Shown here piece by piece: positions 54,271 to 63,286 of a stretch of 64,000 bases of DNA (the stretch's first letter is position 1; each line of letters begins with the position of its first letter). Under the pieces are notes generated by a model that saw nothing but the letters and a program-made list of their open reading frames with translations, was not told where the DNA came from and did not search any database. Location: positions 1,505 to 65,504 of the forward strand of contig JBGPMB010000001.1 in the NCBI GenBank assembly GCA_041486775.1, written 5' to 3'. The DNA is from Candidatus Eiseniibacteriota bacterium (lineage in GTDB: Bacteria; Eisenbacteria; RBG-16-71-46; SZUA-252). The position numbers and the translations under genes are program-made.

Positions 54271-56490
54271 GTGTGCATGTTTCGACTCATCGCGCGCTAC
54301 ACCGAATGGCTCCACACGCGCTGGCCCGCCGGAACCGTGGAGAGGCTCCCGGAGGCGGCCCCGGATGGGACGACCAACGTTCCGGGGGTCTCGATCTCGG
54401 GGGATCTGACCGGCATCCCGCTTCTCAAGTTCGCCCTCGACTCCGGGGCGCGCGCCGCGCGCTCGGCCGCGCCGGGCGCGCCGGACGGCGTGCTCGATCT
54501 CGCGATCGTGGGCGCCGGCGTGTCCGGGATGGCGGCCGCGGTCGAGGCCCGGAAGCTCGGACTCGCCTTCGAGATTCTCGAGGCGGCGGAGCCTTTCTCC
54601 ACGCTCGTGAATTTTCCGAAGGGGAAGCCGATCTACACCTACCCGCGCTCGATGAAGCCGGCGGGGGACCTGCAAGTGAGGGCCGAGGTGAAAGAGGACC
54701 TGGTCTCCGAGCTCAGGTCCCAGACCGAGAGAGCCGGGATCCGTCCTAAGGCGGCCCGCGCGGAGCGCGTGGAGCGAGCGGGCAATCTTCTCGGCGTGCG
54801 CCTCGAGGGAGGCGCCACGCTCAAGGCGCGCCGGGTGTTGATCGCGATCGGGAAGAGCGGGGGTCACCGGATGCTGGGCGTGCCGGGTGAGCACCTCGAC
54901 AAAGTGTACAACCGTCTCTACGACCCCAAGGACTACGCGGGGCAGGAGGCGCTGGTCGTCGGAGGCGGGGATTCCGCGCTGGAGACCGCGATCGCGCTCG
55001 TCCAGGCGGGCGCGCACGTCACGCTCTCCTATCGCCGGAAGGAATTCTCGCGCGCGAAGGGCGAGAACATAGCGAAGCTCTACCTCCTCGAGGAAGGAGG
55101 GGCGCTCCGGCTCCGGTTGGGCACGCAGGTGAAGGAGATCCGCCCGAGCGAGGTAGCACTCGCGGACGGCGGGGAGGAGACGATTCGAAACGACGTCGTC
55201 TTCACGATGCTCGGCCGCGAGGCGCCGCTGGAATTCTTCCGGCGCTCCGGGATCCGGATCGCCGGGGAGATGCGCGGCGCGCAATGGGCGGCGCTATCGC
55301 TCTTCGTCCTCTTCTGCGTCTGGCTCTACAACTGGAAATCCGGCGGCTCCATGTCGCAGCTCTTCGCCGACCGCCACTGGTTCCCGTTCAACCTGCCCGA
55401 TCTCCTGAGCCGGCTCGGGGGCGCGATCGCGGCCGACGCCCGGACACCCCGAACGCTTCTCGGCACGATCGCCATCAGCGCCTCGGGCCCCTCGTTCTGG
55501 TACACGCTCGCCTACTCCACCGTGGTGGTGATCTTCGGGCTCAAGCGCATCCGCCGGCGGAAGACTCCCTACGTGACCGCCCAGACGACGACGCTCATGA
55601 TGGTCCAGGTCCTTCCGCTCTTTCTCCTGCCCGAGATCATTCTGCCGCAGCTCGCCTACCACGGCCTCCTGCCGCGCGGGCTCCTGGACGCGCTCTTTCC
55701 CGTCGTGACGTACGGGCACGGCCGGGAATTCTGGCGCGCGTACGGGCTCATCCTCGCGTGGCCGCTGGACGTCTACAACATCTTCACCCACGACCCCCTG
55801 TGGTGGTGGATCGGGATCGGAGTCGTTCAGACCCTCGTCCTGATCCCGCTCGGCATCTACTTCTTCGGCAAGGGTGTCTATTGCGGCTGGATCTGCTCGT
55901 GCGGCGCGCTCGCCGAAACCCTGGGGGACACGCACCGCCACAAGATGCCCCACGGGCCCGCCTGGAACCGCCTGAACATGGCGGGGCAGGGCGTTCTTCT
56001 GATCGCGGTCCTCATCCTCCTCATCCGGATCGTCGGCTGGATTCTTCCGGACGGGAACGCCATCGATTCCGTGTTCGATCCCTTCTTCAAGACGCCGTAC
56101 AAGTGGGGGGTCGACGTGTTCCTCGCGGGGGTACTGGGCTACGGGCTCTACTTCTGGTTCTCGGGCCGCGTCTGGTGCCGCTTCTTCTGTCCGCTGGCCG
56201 CGCTCATGCACGTCTACGCGCGCTTCAGCCGGTTCGCGATCGTCGCCGACAAGAAGAAATGCATCTCCTGCAATGTGTGCACTTCGGTCTGCCATCAGGG
56301 GATCGACGTGATGAACTTCGCGAACAAGGGCGCGCCGATGCAGGACCCCGAGTGCGTGCGCTGCTCGGCGTGCGTGCAGAGCTGCCCCACCGGGGTGCTC
56401 CAGTTCGGCCAGGTCGACCGGAAAGGGAAGACCCTGAAGCTGGACCTCCTCCCGGCGTCCCCGGTGATCATGCGGGAAGGGCCGGCGTGA
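54271..56490 (+). CDS. Fusion protein: FAD/NAD(P)-binding pyridine-nucleotide-disulfide-oxidoreductase-like flavoprotein, then polytopic membrane domain with NapH/CcoG-type and 2x[4Fe-4S] ferredoxin Cys motifs
   Basis: There are two Rossmann dinucleotide sites (DLAIVGAGVSGMAAA and ALVVGGGDSALETAIAL), about 8 TM helices, and membrane-proximal Cys motifs (GVYCGWICSCGAL and RVWCRFFCPLAAL). The C-terminal 4Fe-4S motifs are CISCNVCTSVCHQG and CVRCSACVQSCPTG. 739 aa. Confidence 0.8.
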   Translation: MCMFRLIARYTEWLHTRWPAGTVERLPEAAPDGTTNVPGVSISGDLTGIPLLKFALDSGARAARSAAPGAPDGVLDLAIVGAGVSGMAAAVEARKLGLAFEILEAAEPFSTLVNFPKGKPIYTYPRSMKPAGDLQVRAEVKEDLVSELRSQTERAGIRPKAARAERVERAGNLLGVRLEGGATLKARRVLIAIGKSGGHRMLGVPGEHLDKVYNRLYDPKDYAGQEALVVGGGDSALETAIALVQAGAHVTLSYRRKEFSRAKGENIAKLYLLEEGGALRLRLGTQVKEIRPSEVALADGGEETIRNDVVFTMLGREAPLEFFRRSGIRIAGEMRGAQWAALSLFVLFCVWLYNWKSGGSMSQLFADRHWFPFNLPDLLSRLGGAIAADARTPRTLLGTIAISASGPSFWYTLAYSTVVVIFGLKRIRRRKTPYVTAQTTTLMMVQVLPLFLLPEIILPQLAYHGLLPRGLLDALFPVVTYGHGREFWRAYGLILAWPLDVYNIFTHDPLWWWIGIGVVQTLVLIPLGIYFFGKGVYCGWICSCGALAETLGDTHRHKMPHGPAWNRLNMAGQGVLLIAVLILLIRIVGWILPDGNAIDSVFDPFFKTPYKWGVDVFLAGVLGYGLYFWFSGRVWCRFFCPLAALMHVYARFSRFAIVADKKKCISCNVCTSVCHQGIDVMNFANKGAPMQDPECVRCSACVQSCPTGVLQFGQVDRKGKTLKLDLLPASPVIMREGPA

Positions 56491-56491
56491 G

Positions 56492-57355
56492 GTGATGGGC
56501 GGCCCCCGGGTGGAGTTTCGGTCTCTGGACACCGTCTGGGTCCAGATTACCGGCACGCTCTGCAACATCGCCTGCCGCCACTGCTTCGTGAGCGCCGGGC
56601 CCAAGAGCGATTCGCTCGCGCTCATGACGCGGGCGCAGGTGGAGACGGCCCTCACGGAAGGGGCCGAGCTGGGGGCGCGGGATGCTTACTTCACCGGAGG
56701 GGAGCCTTTCCTCCATCCCGAGATCCGGAGTCTGGTGGACTTCGCTCTCCAGCGGATGCCGCTCACCATCCTGACCAACGCGCTCCTCATCGACGAGGAG
56801 CTCGCCGGGTGGATCGCGGACCGCTTCTCGGGAAGCCGCTACTCCTTCGATCTCCGCGTGAGCCTCGACGGCACGACCGCCGAGCGGAACGACCGGGTGC
56901 GTGGACGGGGCGTCTTCGACGGCGTCGTGGCCGCGCTCGGACATCTGGCGCGGGCCGGCGTCTCGCCGGTGGTCACCGTGGTGGAGCACGAGGAGGCGTT
57001 GAAGGCTGCGGAGGCGCGTGCGGTGTTCACGGAGTTCCTGCGCGGGCTGGGGCTCCCGCATCCGCGGATCAAGTTCCTGCCTCTGCTCCGCATCGGGAGG
57101 GAAGTGCGGCGCTCGCGCGGGTACCTCGAGCGCGAGGCGTTGGGGCCCGAGCCTCTCGCCCCCGAGGTCGAGGAATCGCTGATCTGCTCCTCGAGCCGGA
57201 CCGTGACGGCCCAAGGCGTCATGACCTGCCCGATTCTGGTCGAGGTTCCCGAGGCGCGGCTGGGAGATTCGCTCCGTCAGGCGGAGCGCGCCATCCAGCT
57301 TCGCTGGCGCGCCTGCCACACGTGCGTCGTGGAAGGGCTTCGCTGCGCGACGTGA
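56492..57355 (+). CDS. Radical SAM enzyme with C-terminal twitch/SPASM-like auxiliary cluster motif
   Basis: CNIACRHCF is the CxxxCxxC rSAM cluster site and FTGGEPFLHPE is the SAM-binding GGE motif. The C-terminus has Cx13C...CHTCVVEGLRC. The start lies 1 nt after the upstream TGA. Confidence 0.85.
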   Translation: MMGGPRVEFRSLDTVWVQITGTLCNIACRHCFVSAGPKSDSLALMTRAQVETALTEGAELGARDAYFTGGEPFLHPEIRSLVDFALQRMPLTILTNALLIDEELAGWIADRFSGSRYSFDLRVSLDGTTAERNDRVRGRGVFDGVVAALGHLARAGVSPVVTVVEHEEALKAAEARAVFTEFLRGLGLPHPRIKFLPLLRIGREVRRSRGYLEREALGPEPLAPEVEESLICSSSRTVTAQGVMTCPILVEVPEARLGDSLRQAERAIQLRWRACHTCVVEGLRCAT

Positions 57356-57394
57356 GGGGCGGAGGCCAACCCGCGGCGCGAGACGGGGCCCGAG

Positions 57395-58789
57395 CTAGCG
57401 CTGCCGGGGCCCGTACGCCTGGCCCCGGGCCGGCTCCGCGCGGTCCAGGTCCGCGAGGGTCTGCGTGAGAGGCTCCCAGACCTGCCCGAACGCGAGCTTC
57501 GCCAGCTCGCCCTCGGGGGGCAGCTCGCCCAGGAAGAACGCCCGCCCGTTCGCCCGAAGCACCCAGCCGTCGCCGTAGCGCGACGCGTATCCGCTCCCAC
57601 GGTCGCTCCGCGTCCGCGCGAGGAGGTCGCCGAGCGTCCAGTCGCCGCAATGGTCCTGCCAGTCCGAGTCGACCCGCTTCGCCCGATCCGGGTCCTGCTT
57701 TCTCAGGTCGGGGGGAATCAGGCAGTAGTCCTTGTCGTCACCGCTCACGGGGGTCGATGCCAGAATGGAGTGGGCAAAGGCATGGAGCGTCCCCGAATTC
57801 CCGGTGATGGCCGTCTCATCCTCCACGTTCAGGATGGAGTACTCATAGCCCACCGACAGCTCGCGGTCGCGTGTCACAACGACCATCGTGCCTTCCGAAT
57901 AGCGCTCCCGTTCGGCGCCCTTGTCGTCCTTGTCCACGGTCTTGTGGTAGACGGTCTGGGTGAAGGCGCCGACATTCGTGTTGGTGCGCAGGCCGTAGAA
58001 CCGGCCCACGATCACGCGATCCACGCCCAGGTCGCGCCCGATGCGCGCGGCCTGCCGCGGGCTCAGTCGGTCGAGCATCGCCACGGGGAGCGCCTCATAG
58101 ACGCGCTCGCTCGGGATGAGCTCGGTGAAGCGGAAATCGGAGGAGGCGATCCTCCGCGACAGCTCGGCGTAGGCCCGGTCCGCGAATCCCTTGGAGAGGG
58201 CGCCGAGATCGGTCTCGTTCGCGAAAGGGAAGAACGCGACGCGGGGCTGGGTCTCGTCGTAGGCCTGCTGGATCCGGTGCGCGACGTCCCGGTACCGCGC
58301 CTGGAACTGCTGCGCCGTCTGGAACTCGTCGTAGGCGCGCTTGGGAGCGCCCCCCTCGAGATCGTCCACCGCCTGCGCGTACTCGATGCCCGCCGCGCCG
58401 TGCCGGATCGCCGCATCGTCGCGGTCGAACGCGGGATCGGGCGGGAGCACGATCCGATACGCCGCCAGCTCGTCCTGGAATTTGCCCAACTCGAGCGAGC
58501 GGTTCGCGGCCGCCAGGGTGTCCCGGGCCGCGAGCCTGCGGATCTCGGTCTCGCGCTCGTCCACGAGTCTCGTCGCGACCTGCGTCATCGCGGCTCGGGC
58601 CCGCTGGTTCTCGGGATCCTTCCGCAACGCGCGCGCGGCCTTCTGGTAGGCCTTATCCAGCTCACCCTGGCCGTACGCCTTTTCGCTTTGCTGCGCGAGC
58701 TTGTTCGATCCCGCGCATGAGAGCGCGAGCGTGCCGGCGACGAGAACCCCCACGAGCAGACGTGCCTTGAGCCCGAATCGATCGTTCAT
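57395..58789 (-). CDS. Hypothetical lipoprotein with N-terminal TPR-like helical region
   Basis: AGGAGGG ribosome-binding site; signal/lipobox LVAGTLALSCAGS. 464 aa; no family recognised. Confidence 0.55.
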   Translation of the reverse strand: MNDRFGLKARLLVGVLVAGTLALSCAGSNKLAQQSEKAYGQGELDKAYQKAARALRKDPENQRARAAMTQVATRLVDERETEIRRLAARDTLAAANRSLELGKFQDELAAYRIVLPPDPAFDRDDAAIRHGAAGIEYAQAVDDLEGGAPKRAYDEFQTAQQFQARYRDVAHRIQQAYDETQPRVAFFPFANETDLGALSKGFADRAYAELSRRIASSDFRFTELIPSERVYEALPVAMLDRLSPRQAARIGRDLGVDRVIVGRFYGLRTNTNVGAFTQTVYHKTVDKDDKGAERERYSEGTMVVVTRDRELSVGYEYSILNVEDETAITGNSGTLHAFAHSILASTPVSGDDKDYCLIPPDLRKQDPDRAKRVDSDWQDHCGDWTLGDLLARTRSDRGSGYASRYGDGWVLRANGRAFFLGELPPEGELAKLAFGQVWEPLTQTLADLDRAEPARGQAYGPRQR

Positions 58790-58932
58790 GATTCCCTCCT
58801 TGTCGTGCATCTATCGGCAGGTCCCGCCCAATGTATAGCCCTCCGGAACAGGTGCGGCCGTGGTAGGTTAGCCGGCATGGCGCCGGGAGCATCCCCTGCT
58901 CCCGGTCATGAACTCCGACACGGAGGTGAAGC

Positions 58933-59367
58933 GTGGCCAGGATCAACACAGGTCGCGTCATCCAGGGCGGGCTCCTCGCGGGATTGGTCATCAATGTGAT
59001 CTGCATGGTCAACATGGGCGTGATCTTGAGCCGCAAGCTCATGGAGGCCCAGAGCGAGGGGTCGTTCCTCAAGGAGCCCCGATTCGCGTTCGCGCCCGCG
59101 TGGGTGGTCGTGATGTTCCTTGCCGGGATCGCGCTCGTCTGGCTCTACGCCGCGGTGCGGCCGCGGTTGGGGCCCGGTCCGCGCACGGCGCTTCTGGTTG
59201 GGATCATCGCCGGGCTCCTCTCGGGCGTGCCCGACAACATGGCCAACGCGGCGTGGGGTCTTTCGGGCCGCTATCTACCGTTCATGTGGATGGTCGAGCG
59301 GGTCGTGTCCTTCGCCCTCGGGACGCTGATCGGCGCCTGGTGGTACAAGGAGGCAGGCGACGCGTGA
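58933..59367 (+). CDS. Hypothetical 4-TM membrane protein
   Basis: 144 aa. Its stop overlaps the M16 peptidase GTG (GTGA). Confidence 0.45.
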   Translation: MARINTGRVIQGGLLAGLVINVICMVNMGVILSRKLMEAQSEGSFLKEPRFAFAPAWVVVMFLAGIALVWLYAAVRPRLGPGPRTALLVGIIAGLLSGVPDNMANAAWGLSGRYLPFMWMVERVVSFALGTLIGAWWYKEAGDA

Positions 59368-60725
59368 AGTATCTCAGGCTCACCCGGATCGCCATTCTCC
59401 TGACGCTGGTCCTGCACCCCGGCCCGTCGCACGCGGTCGCGCCGCAGGGCGCGGGGCCCGCCGCCCGGGAGATCCACGTGCGGACGCTCGCGAACGGCAT
59501 GAAGATCCTGGTATGGCCGGACCACGACATTCCAAACGTCGCCGTCTACAACTGGTTCCATGTCGGCAGCCGGAACGAGCGACCCGGGATCACCGGACTC
59601 TCCCATTTCTTCGAGCACATGATGTTCAAGGGATCCGAGCACTATCCGCCCGGCGCGTTCGACCGGGTCATGGAAGAGAACGGCGGCTCGAACAACGCGT
59701 TCACGACCGAAGACGTGACCTGCTACCAGGACTGGTTCCCGAAGAGCATCCTGGAATTGATCTTCCGCCTCGAGGCCGACCGCATCTGCTGCCTCTCCTT
59801 CGACCCCAAGAACGTGGAGAGCGAGCGTCAGGTCGTCTATTCCGAGCGCCGGACCTCCGTCGACAATGACAACGAGAGTCTCCTCGACGAGCAGGTTCAG
59901 GCAGCGGCCTACGTCGGACATCCCTACCACAATCCGGTGATCGGCTGGCCGGGCGACATCGAGCGGTGGACCATCGACGACCTCCGCGAGTACTTCAAGG
60001 TTCACTACGCGCCGAACAACGCCACCCTGATCGTGGTGGGCGACGTGACGCCGGAGGAAGTCTTCCGCCTCGCGGAGCAGTACTTCGGCCCGATCCCCGC
60101 GGTCCCTCAGCCCAAGGACCGCGTGACCCAGGAGCCGCCCCAGGTAGGGGAGCGGCGCGTCTCGATCCGGAAGTTCGGACAGACTCCGCTCCTCGAGATG
60201 GCGTTCCACACCGGCGCCGCGGACGACAAGGACGCGGAGGCGCGCGATCTCCTGGTGGACATCCTGGGCTCGGGAGAATCCTCGCGGCTCTATCGAAGGC
60301 TGGTGGACCAGGATCGGCTGGCCATCGGCACGTCCGCCTCTCTGGGCCCGGAGGGTTTCGATCCGGGGCTGATCAAGATCTCGGTGACGGTGGCCCCGGA
60401 CAAGACGCTCGCGGCCTCGGAGACAGCGCTCCTCGATGAGCTTTCCAAGATGGCGGCCACGGGCCCCACGGAGGAGGAGCTTCGCAAGGCGAAGAATTCC
60501 GCGCTCGTGGGGTACTGGCGGGAATTGAAGGCGATCAACACCAAAGCCGAAGCGCTCGGAACCTTCGAGGTGCTCCGCGGCGATTACCGGAAGCTCTTCA
60601 CCGCCCCGGACCGTTACGAGCGGGTGACCCGCGCCGAGATCCAGGTCCTCGCGCGAAAGACGTTCGACGAGAAGAACCGGACGGTGGGCACCCTGGTGCC
60701 GGAGAAAGAGGAGGCAGCGCGATGA
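59364..60725 (+). CDS. M16-family (pitrilysin-like) zinc peptidase, catalytic subunit, secreted
   Basis: Signal peptide. Inverted zinc motif HFFEHMMFKGS (HxxEH) plus the downstream Glu region ENGGSNNAFT. Confidence 0.9.
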   Translation: MKYLRLTRIAILLTLVLHPGPSHAVAPQGAGPAAREIHVRTLANGMKILVWPDHDIPNVAVYNWFHVGSRNERPGITGLSHFFEHMMFKGSEHYPPGAFDRVMEENGGSNNAFTTEDVTCYQDWFPKSILELIFRLEADRICCLSFDPKNVESERQVVYSERRTSVDNDNESLLDEQVQAAAYVGHPYHNPVIGWPGDIERWTIDDLREYFKVHYAPNNATLIVVGDVTPEEVFRLAEQYFGPIPAVPQPKDRVTQEPPQVGERRVSIRKFGQTPLLEMAFHTGAADDKDAEARDLLVDILGSGESSRLYRRLVDQDRLAIGTSASLGPEGFDPGLIKISVTVAPDKTLAASETALLDELSKMAATGPTEEELRKAKNSALVGYWRELKAINTKAEALGTFEVLRGDYRKLFTAPDRYERVTRAEIQVLARKTFDEKNRTVGTLVPEKEEAAR

Positions 60726-62230
60726 TCCGCCTCGTGGCGCTCCTCCTGCTTCTGGGCGCGCCGCCCGCGGCGTCCGCGTTCGATATGCCCCGCACGCGCG
60801 AGGTCCGTCTCCCGAACGGCGCGCTCGTGATCATGGCCGAGAAGCACGACGTTCCGCTGATCGCGTTCCGCGCGCTCCTCCGAGGCGGCGCCATCGCCGA
60901 CGCTCCGGGGAAGGAGGGCGTGGCCTCGATCACCGGCGGGCTCTTGCGCAAGGGGGCGGGCAAGCGAACCGCGCAGGAGATCGCGGCACTGGTGGACGGA
61001 CTGGGCGCCGAGCTGGACACGGGGGCGGGGCTCGAGCTCTCGTACGTCACCGGGGAATTCATGTCACGGGACCAGGCGGTGATGCTGGACATCCTGGCCG
61101 ACGTCCTACGCCGGCCCACCTTCCCGGCGGAGGAGTTCGAGAAGCTGAAGAAGCAGACGATCGACGGCATCACGGCCGACAAGGACGACCCGCGGAACGT
61201 GATCGGCGAGTACGGATACACGTTCCTCTACGGGGACCATCCGTACGGGCGGCCGGTCGACGGGGACGAGGCGACCAATCGCGAGCTGGTGCGGGACGAC
61301 GCGCTTCGCTACTACCATGAGAACTACGGCGGGGACCGGCTGATTCTCAGCATGGTCGGAGATTTCAGCGCGCCGGCGATGGAGGCGAAGATCCGCGCGA
61401 AGCTCTCGGACTGGGCGAAGGCGCCCGGGCCGGCGCCTCAGGCGCCCCCGGCCTCGCGCCGCACGGGGCGCCGCGTCCTCCTCGTCGACAAACCCGACGC
61501 CACGCAGACCTATTTCTGGATGGGCACGATCGGCGTCACGCGCACGGATCCGGGCCGCCTTCCGCTCGACATCGCGAACACCGCTTACGGTGGACGATTC
61601 ACCTCCATCTTGAACACCGCGCTCCGGCTCGAGGGGGGCCTGACCTACGGGGCGGCGATCCGCGGCCCGCGTTACAGCCAGGCGGGGCCCTTGGCGATCA
61701 TCTCGTACACGAAGACCGAGACCACGGGGAAGGCGGTGGACCTGGCGCTCAAGACTCTGGAATCGGTCCGCAGCGCGGGCATCGATTCGACGACGCTGCT
61801 CTCGACGAAGACCTACATGGTGGGGCAATTCCCGCCGCGGCTCGAGACCGAGGATCAGATCGCGAGCGCGCTCGCGGACCTGGCGTTCTACGGCTTGGGG
61901 AAAGAGGAGCTGGAGCACTACACGGACCGCGTCGTGGCCGCCCGGCCGGAGGACGTGAAGCGCGCCATCACGCGCATCTACCCGCCCGCCGAGGACATCA
62001 CCTACGTGTTCGTGGGGAACGCCGCCGCCATCCGCGGGGTCGTGAAGAAGTACGGACCGGTAACCGAGGTACCCATCACGGATCCGATGCTCTCGATCCG
62101 CGCGGGCGGCGGCGCTTCTCGCGGCCCGCGTCCCGCACGGCGTGGGCCAGGACGAATTCGATCTGGCCGTTCACGCTCCGGAGCTCGTCCGCCGCCCACT
62201 GCTCGAGGCTCTCCCATAGCTCCGGGCTGA
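60722..62230 (+). CDS. M16-family peptidase, second (non-catalytic/partner) subunit, secreted
   Basis: Signal peptide [20 protein letters not shown]16 fold without an HxxEH motif. Its start overlaps the stop of the first M16 gene. The last 60 aa or so are low-complexity read-through before the first stop. Confidence 0.8.
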   Translation: MIRLVALLLLLGAPPAASAFDMPRTREVRLPNGALVIMAEKHDVPLIAFRALLRGGAIADAPGKEGVASITGGLLRKGAGKRTAQEIAALVDGLGAELDTGAGLELSYVTGEFMSRDQAVMLDILADVLRRPTFPAEEFEKLKKQTIDGITADKDDPRNVIGEYGYTFLYGDHPYGRPVDGDEATNRELVRDDALRYYHENYGGDRLILSMVGDFSAPAMEAKIRAKLSDWAKAPGPAPQAPPASRRTGRRVLLVDKPDATQTYFWMGTIGVTRTDPGRLPLDIANTAYGGRFTSILNTALRLEGGLTYGAAIRGPRYSQAGPLAIISYTKTETTGKAVDLALKTLESVRSAGIDSTTLLSTKTYMVGQFPPRLETEDQIASALADLAFYGLGKEELEHYTDRVVAARPEDVKRAITRIYPPAEDITYVFVGNAAAIRGVVKKYGPVTEVPITDPMLSIRAGGGASRGPRPARRGPGRIRSGRSRSGARPPPTARGSPIAPG

Positions 62231-62269
62231 TTCGCAGCAAGAAAGCCTTCCGTTCGGCCACCTCGTCCC

Positions 62270-63142
62270 CTACTTGTAGAGCGTCCCGGTGTTCAGGACG
62301 GGGGTCACCGCGTGCTCGCCGCACAGCACGACGAGAAGATTGCTGACCATGGCGGCTTTCCGCTCTTCGTCCAGCTCCACGACATGGTTCTTCCCGAGCC
62401 GGTCCAGCGCCATCTCCACCATGCCGACCGCGCCCTCCACGATCCGCTGCCGCGCCGCGATGATCGCTCCCGCCTGCTGGCGCTGCAGCATCGCCTGTGC
62501 GATTTCCTGCGCGTAGGCCAGATGGCTGAGCCGCGTCTCCAACACCTCGACGCCCGCGGTCTTGAGCCGCTCGTGCAGCTCGACCTTGAGGAACTCCGAG
62601 ACCTTATCCGTGCTGCCGCGGAGCGAGATCCCGTCCGAATCGTAGTCGTCATACGGATAGGAGCTGGCCAGGTGCCGCACCGCGGTTTCGCTCTGCACCG
62701 TGACGAACCGCTCGTAGTCGTCCACGTCGAAGGTGGCCTGCGCCGTGTCGCGGACCTTCCAGACGACCACGGCCGCGATCTCGACGGGGTTTCCGTGCTG
62801 GTCGTTCACCTTGATGCGCTCGCCGTTCAAGCTTCGCGCCCGAAGCGAGAGCTTCTTCCGCGTGATGAACGGATTCATCCACCACCAGCCGCTTTGTCGC
62901 ACGGATCCGACGTAGCTCCCGAACAGGATCAATACGACGGACTGGTTCGGCTGCGCGGTGAAGAGCCCCGCCGCCGAAAGCGCTCCCAGCCCGATCGCGA
63001 GCACCGCGAGCAGGATGCCACCGAGCGGCTGCGGGCTTCCGACCGCCTGGATGAAGAGCCCGATGCCCGTGAAGAAGAGGAGGATGGTGACGGTGAGCCC
63101 CACGGCTCCGCTCACCGGCTTCGCGACGCGTTCTACAGTCAT
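62270..63142 (-). CDS. SPFH/Band-7 domain membrane protein
   Basis: N-terminal 2-TM hairpin, then the SPFH core ([55 protein letters not shown]). The start is at MTVERV with an AAGGAGA site 7 nt upstream; the ORF-track entry starts at 63199. Confidence 0.8.
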   Translation of the reverse strand: MTVERVAKPVSGAVGLTVTILLFFTGIGLFIQAVGSPQPLGGILLAVLAIGLGALSAAGLFTAQPNQSVVLILFGSYVGSVRQSGWWWMNPFITRKKLSLRARSLNGERIKVNDQHGNPVEIAAVVVWKVRDTAQATFDVDDYERFVTVQSETAVRHLASSYPYDDYDSDGISLRGSTDKVSEFLKVELHERLKTAGVEVLETRLSHLAYAQEIAQAMLQRQQAGAIIAARQRIVEGAVGMVEMALDRLGKNHVVELDEERKAAMVSNLLVVLCGEHAVTPVLNTGTLYK

Positions 63143-63152
63143 GTCCGTTCTC

Positions 63153-63205
63153 CTTGCGTTGAGGGTGACATCAATACGATAGCATAGTGATATCATCAAC
63201 GCAAG
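63153..63205 (-). promoter_or_regulatory. 5'-UTR stem-loop overlapping the ribosome-binding site of the SPFH gene
   Basis: CTTGCGTTGA (63153-63162) pairs with TCAACGCAAG (63196-63205), a 10-bp stem with a 33-nt AT-rich loop. In the mRNA the 3' arm runs into the AAGGAGA ribosome-binding site. Confidence 0.35.
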
Positions 63206-63286
63206 AGGAATCGGAATCTTCGCCTCTGTGCAACGGGGGCCGGACGATCGTCCGGCCCCCGAGGTTTGCTTCGTGTGGGATTCGTG

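Noticed and set aside
55294-56655. 453-aa minus-strand ORF
   Set aside because: It is antisense to the flavoprotein-polyferredoxin gene. It is Asp/Glu/Arg-rich, low-complexity and has no motifs.
59364-62230. M16 peptidase pair as a RiPP (subtilosin AlbE/AlbF-like) processing protease next to the radical-SAM gene
   Set aside because: Both M16 proteins have N-terminal signal peptides, so they look like general periplasmic zinc proteases. A lipoprotein gene on the opposite strand intervenes, and no precursor-peptide ORF is evident.
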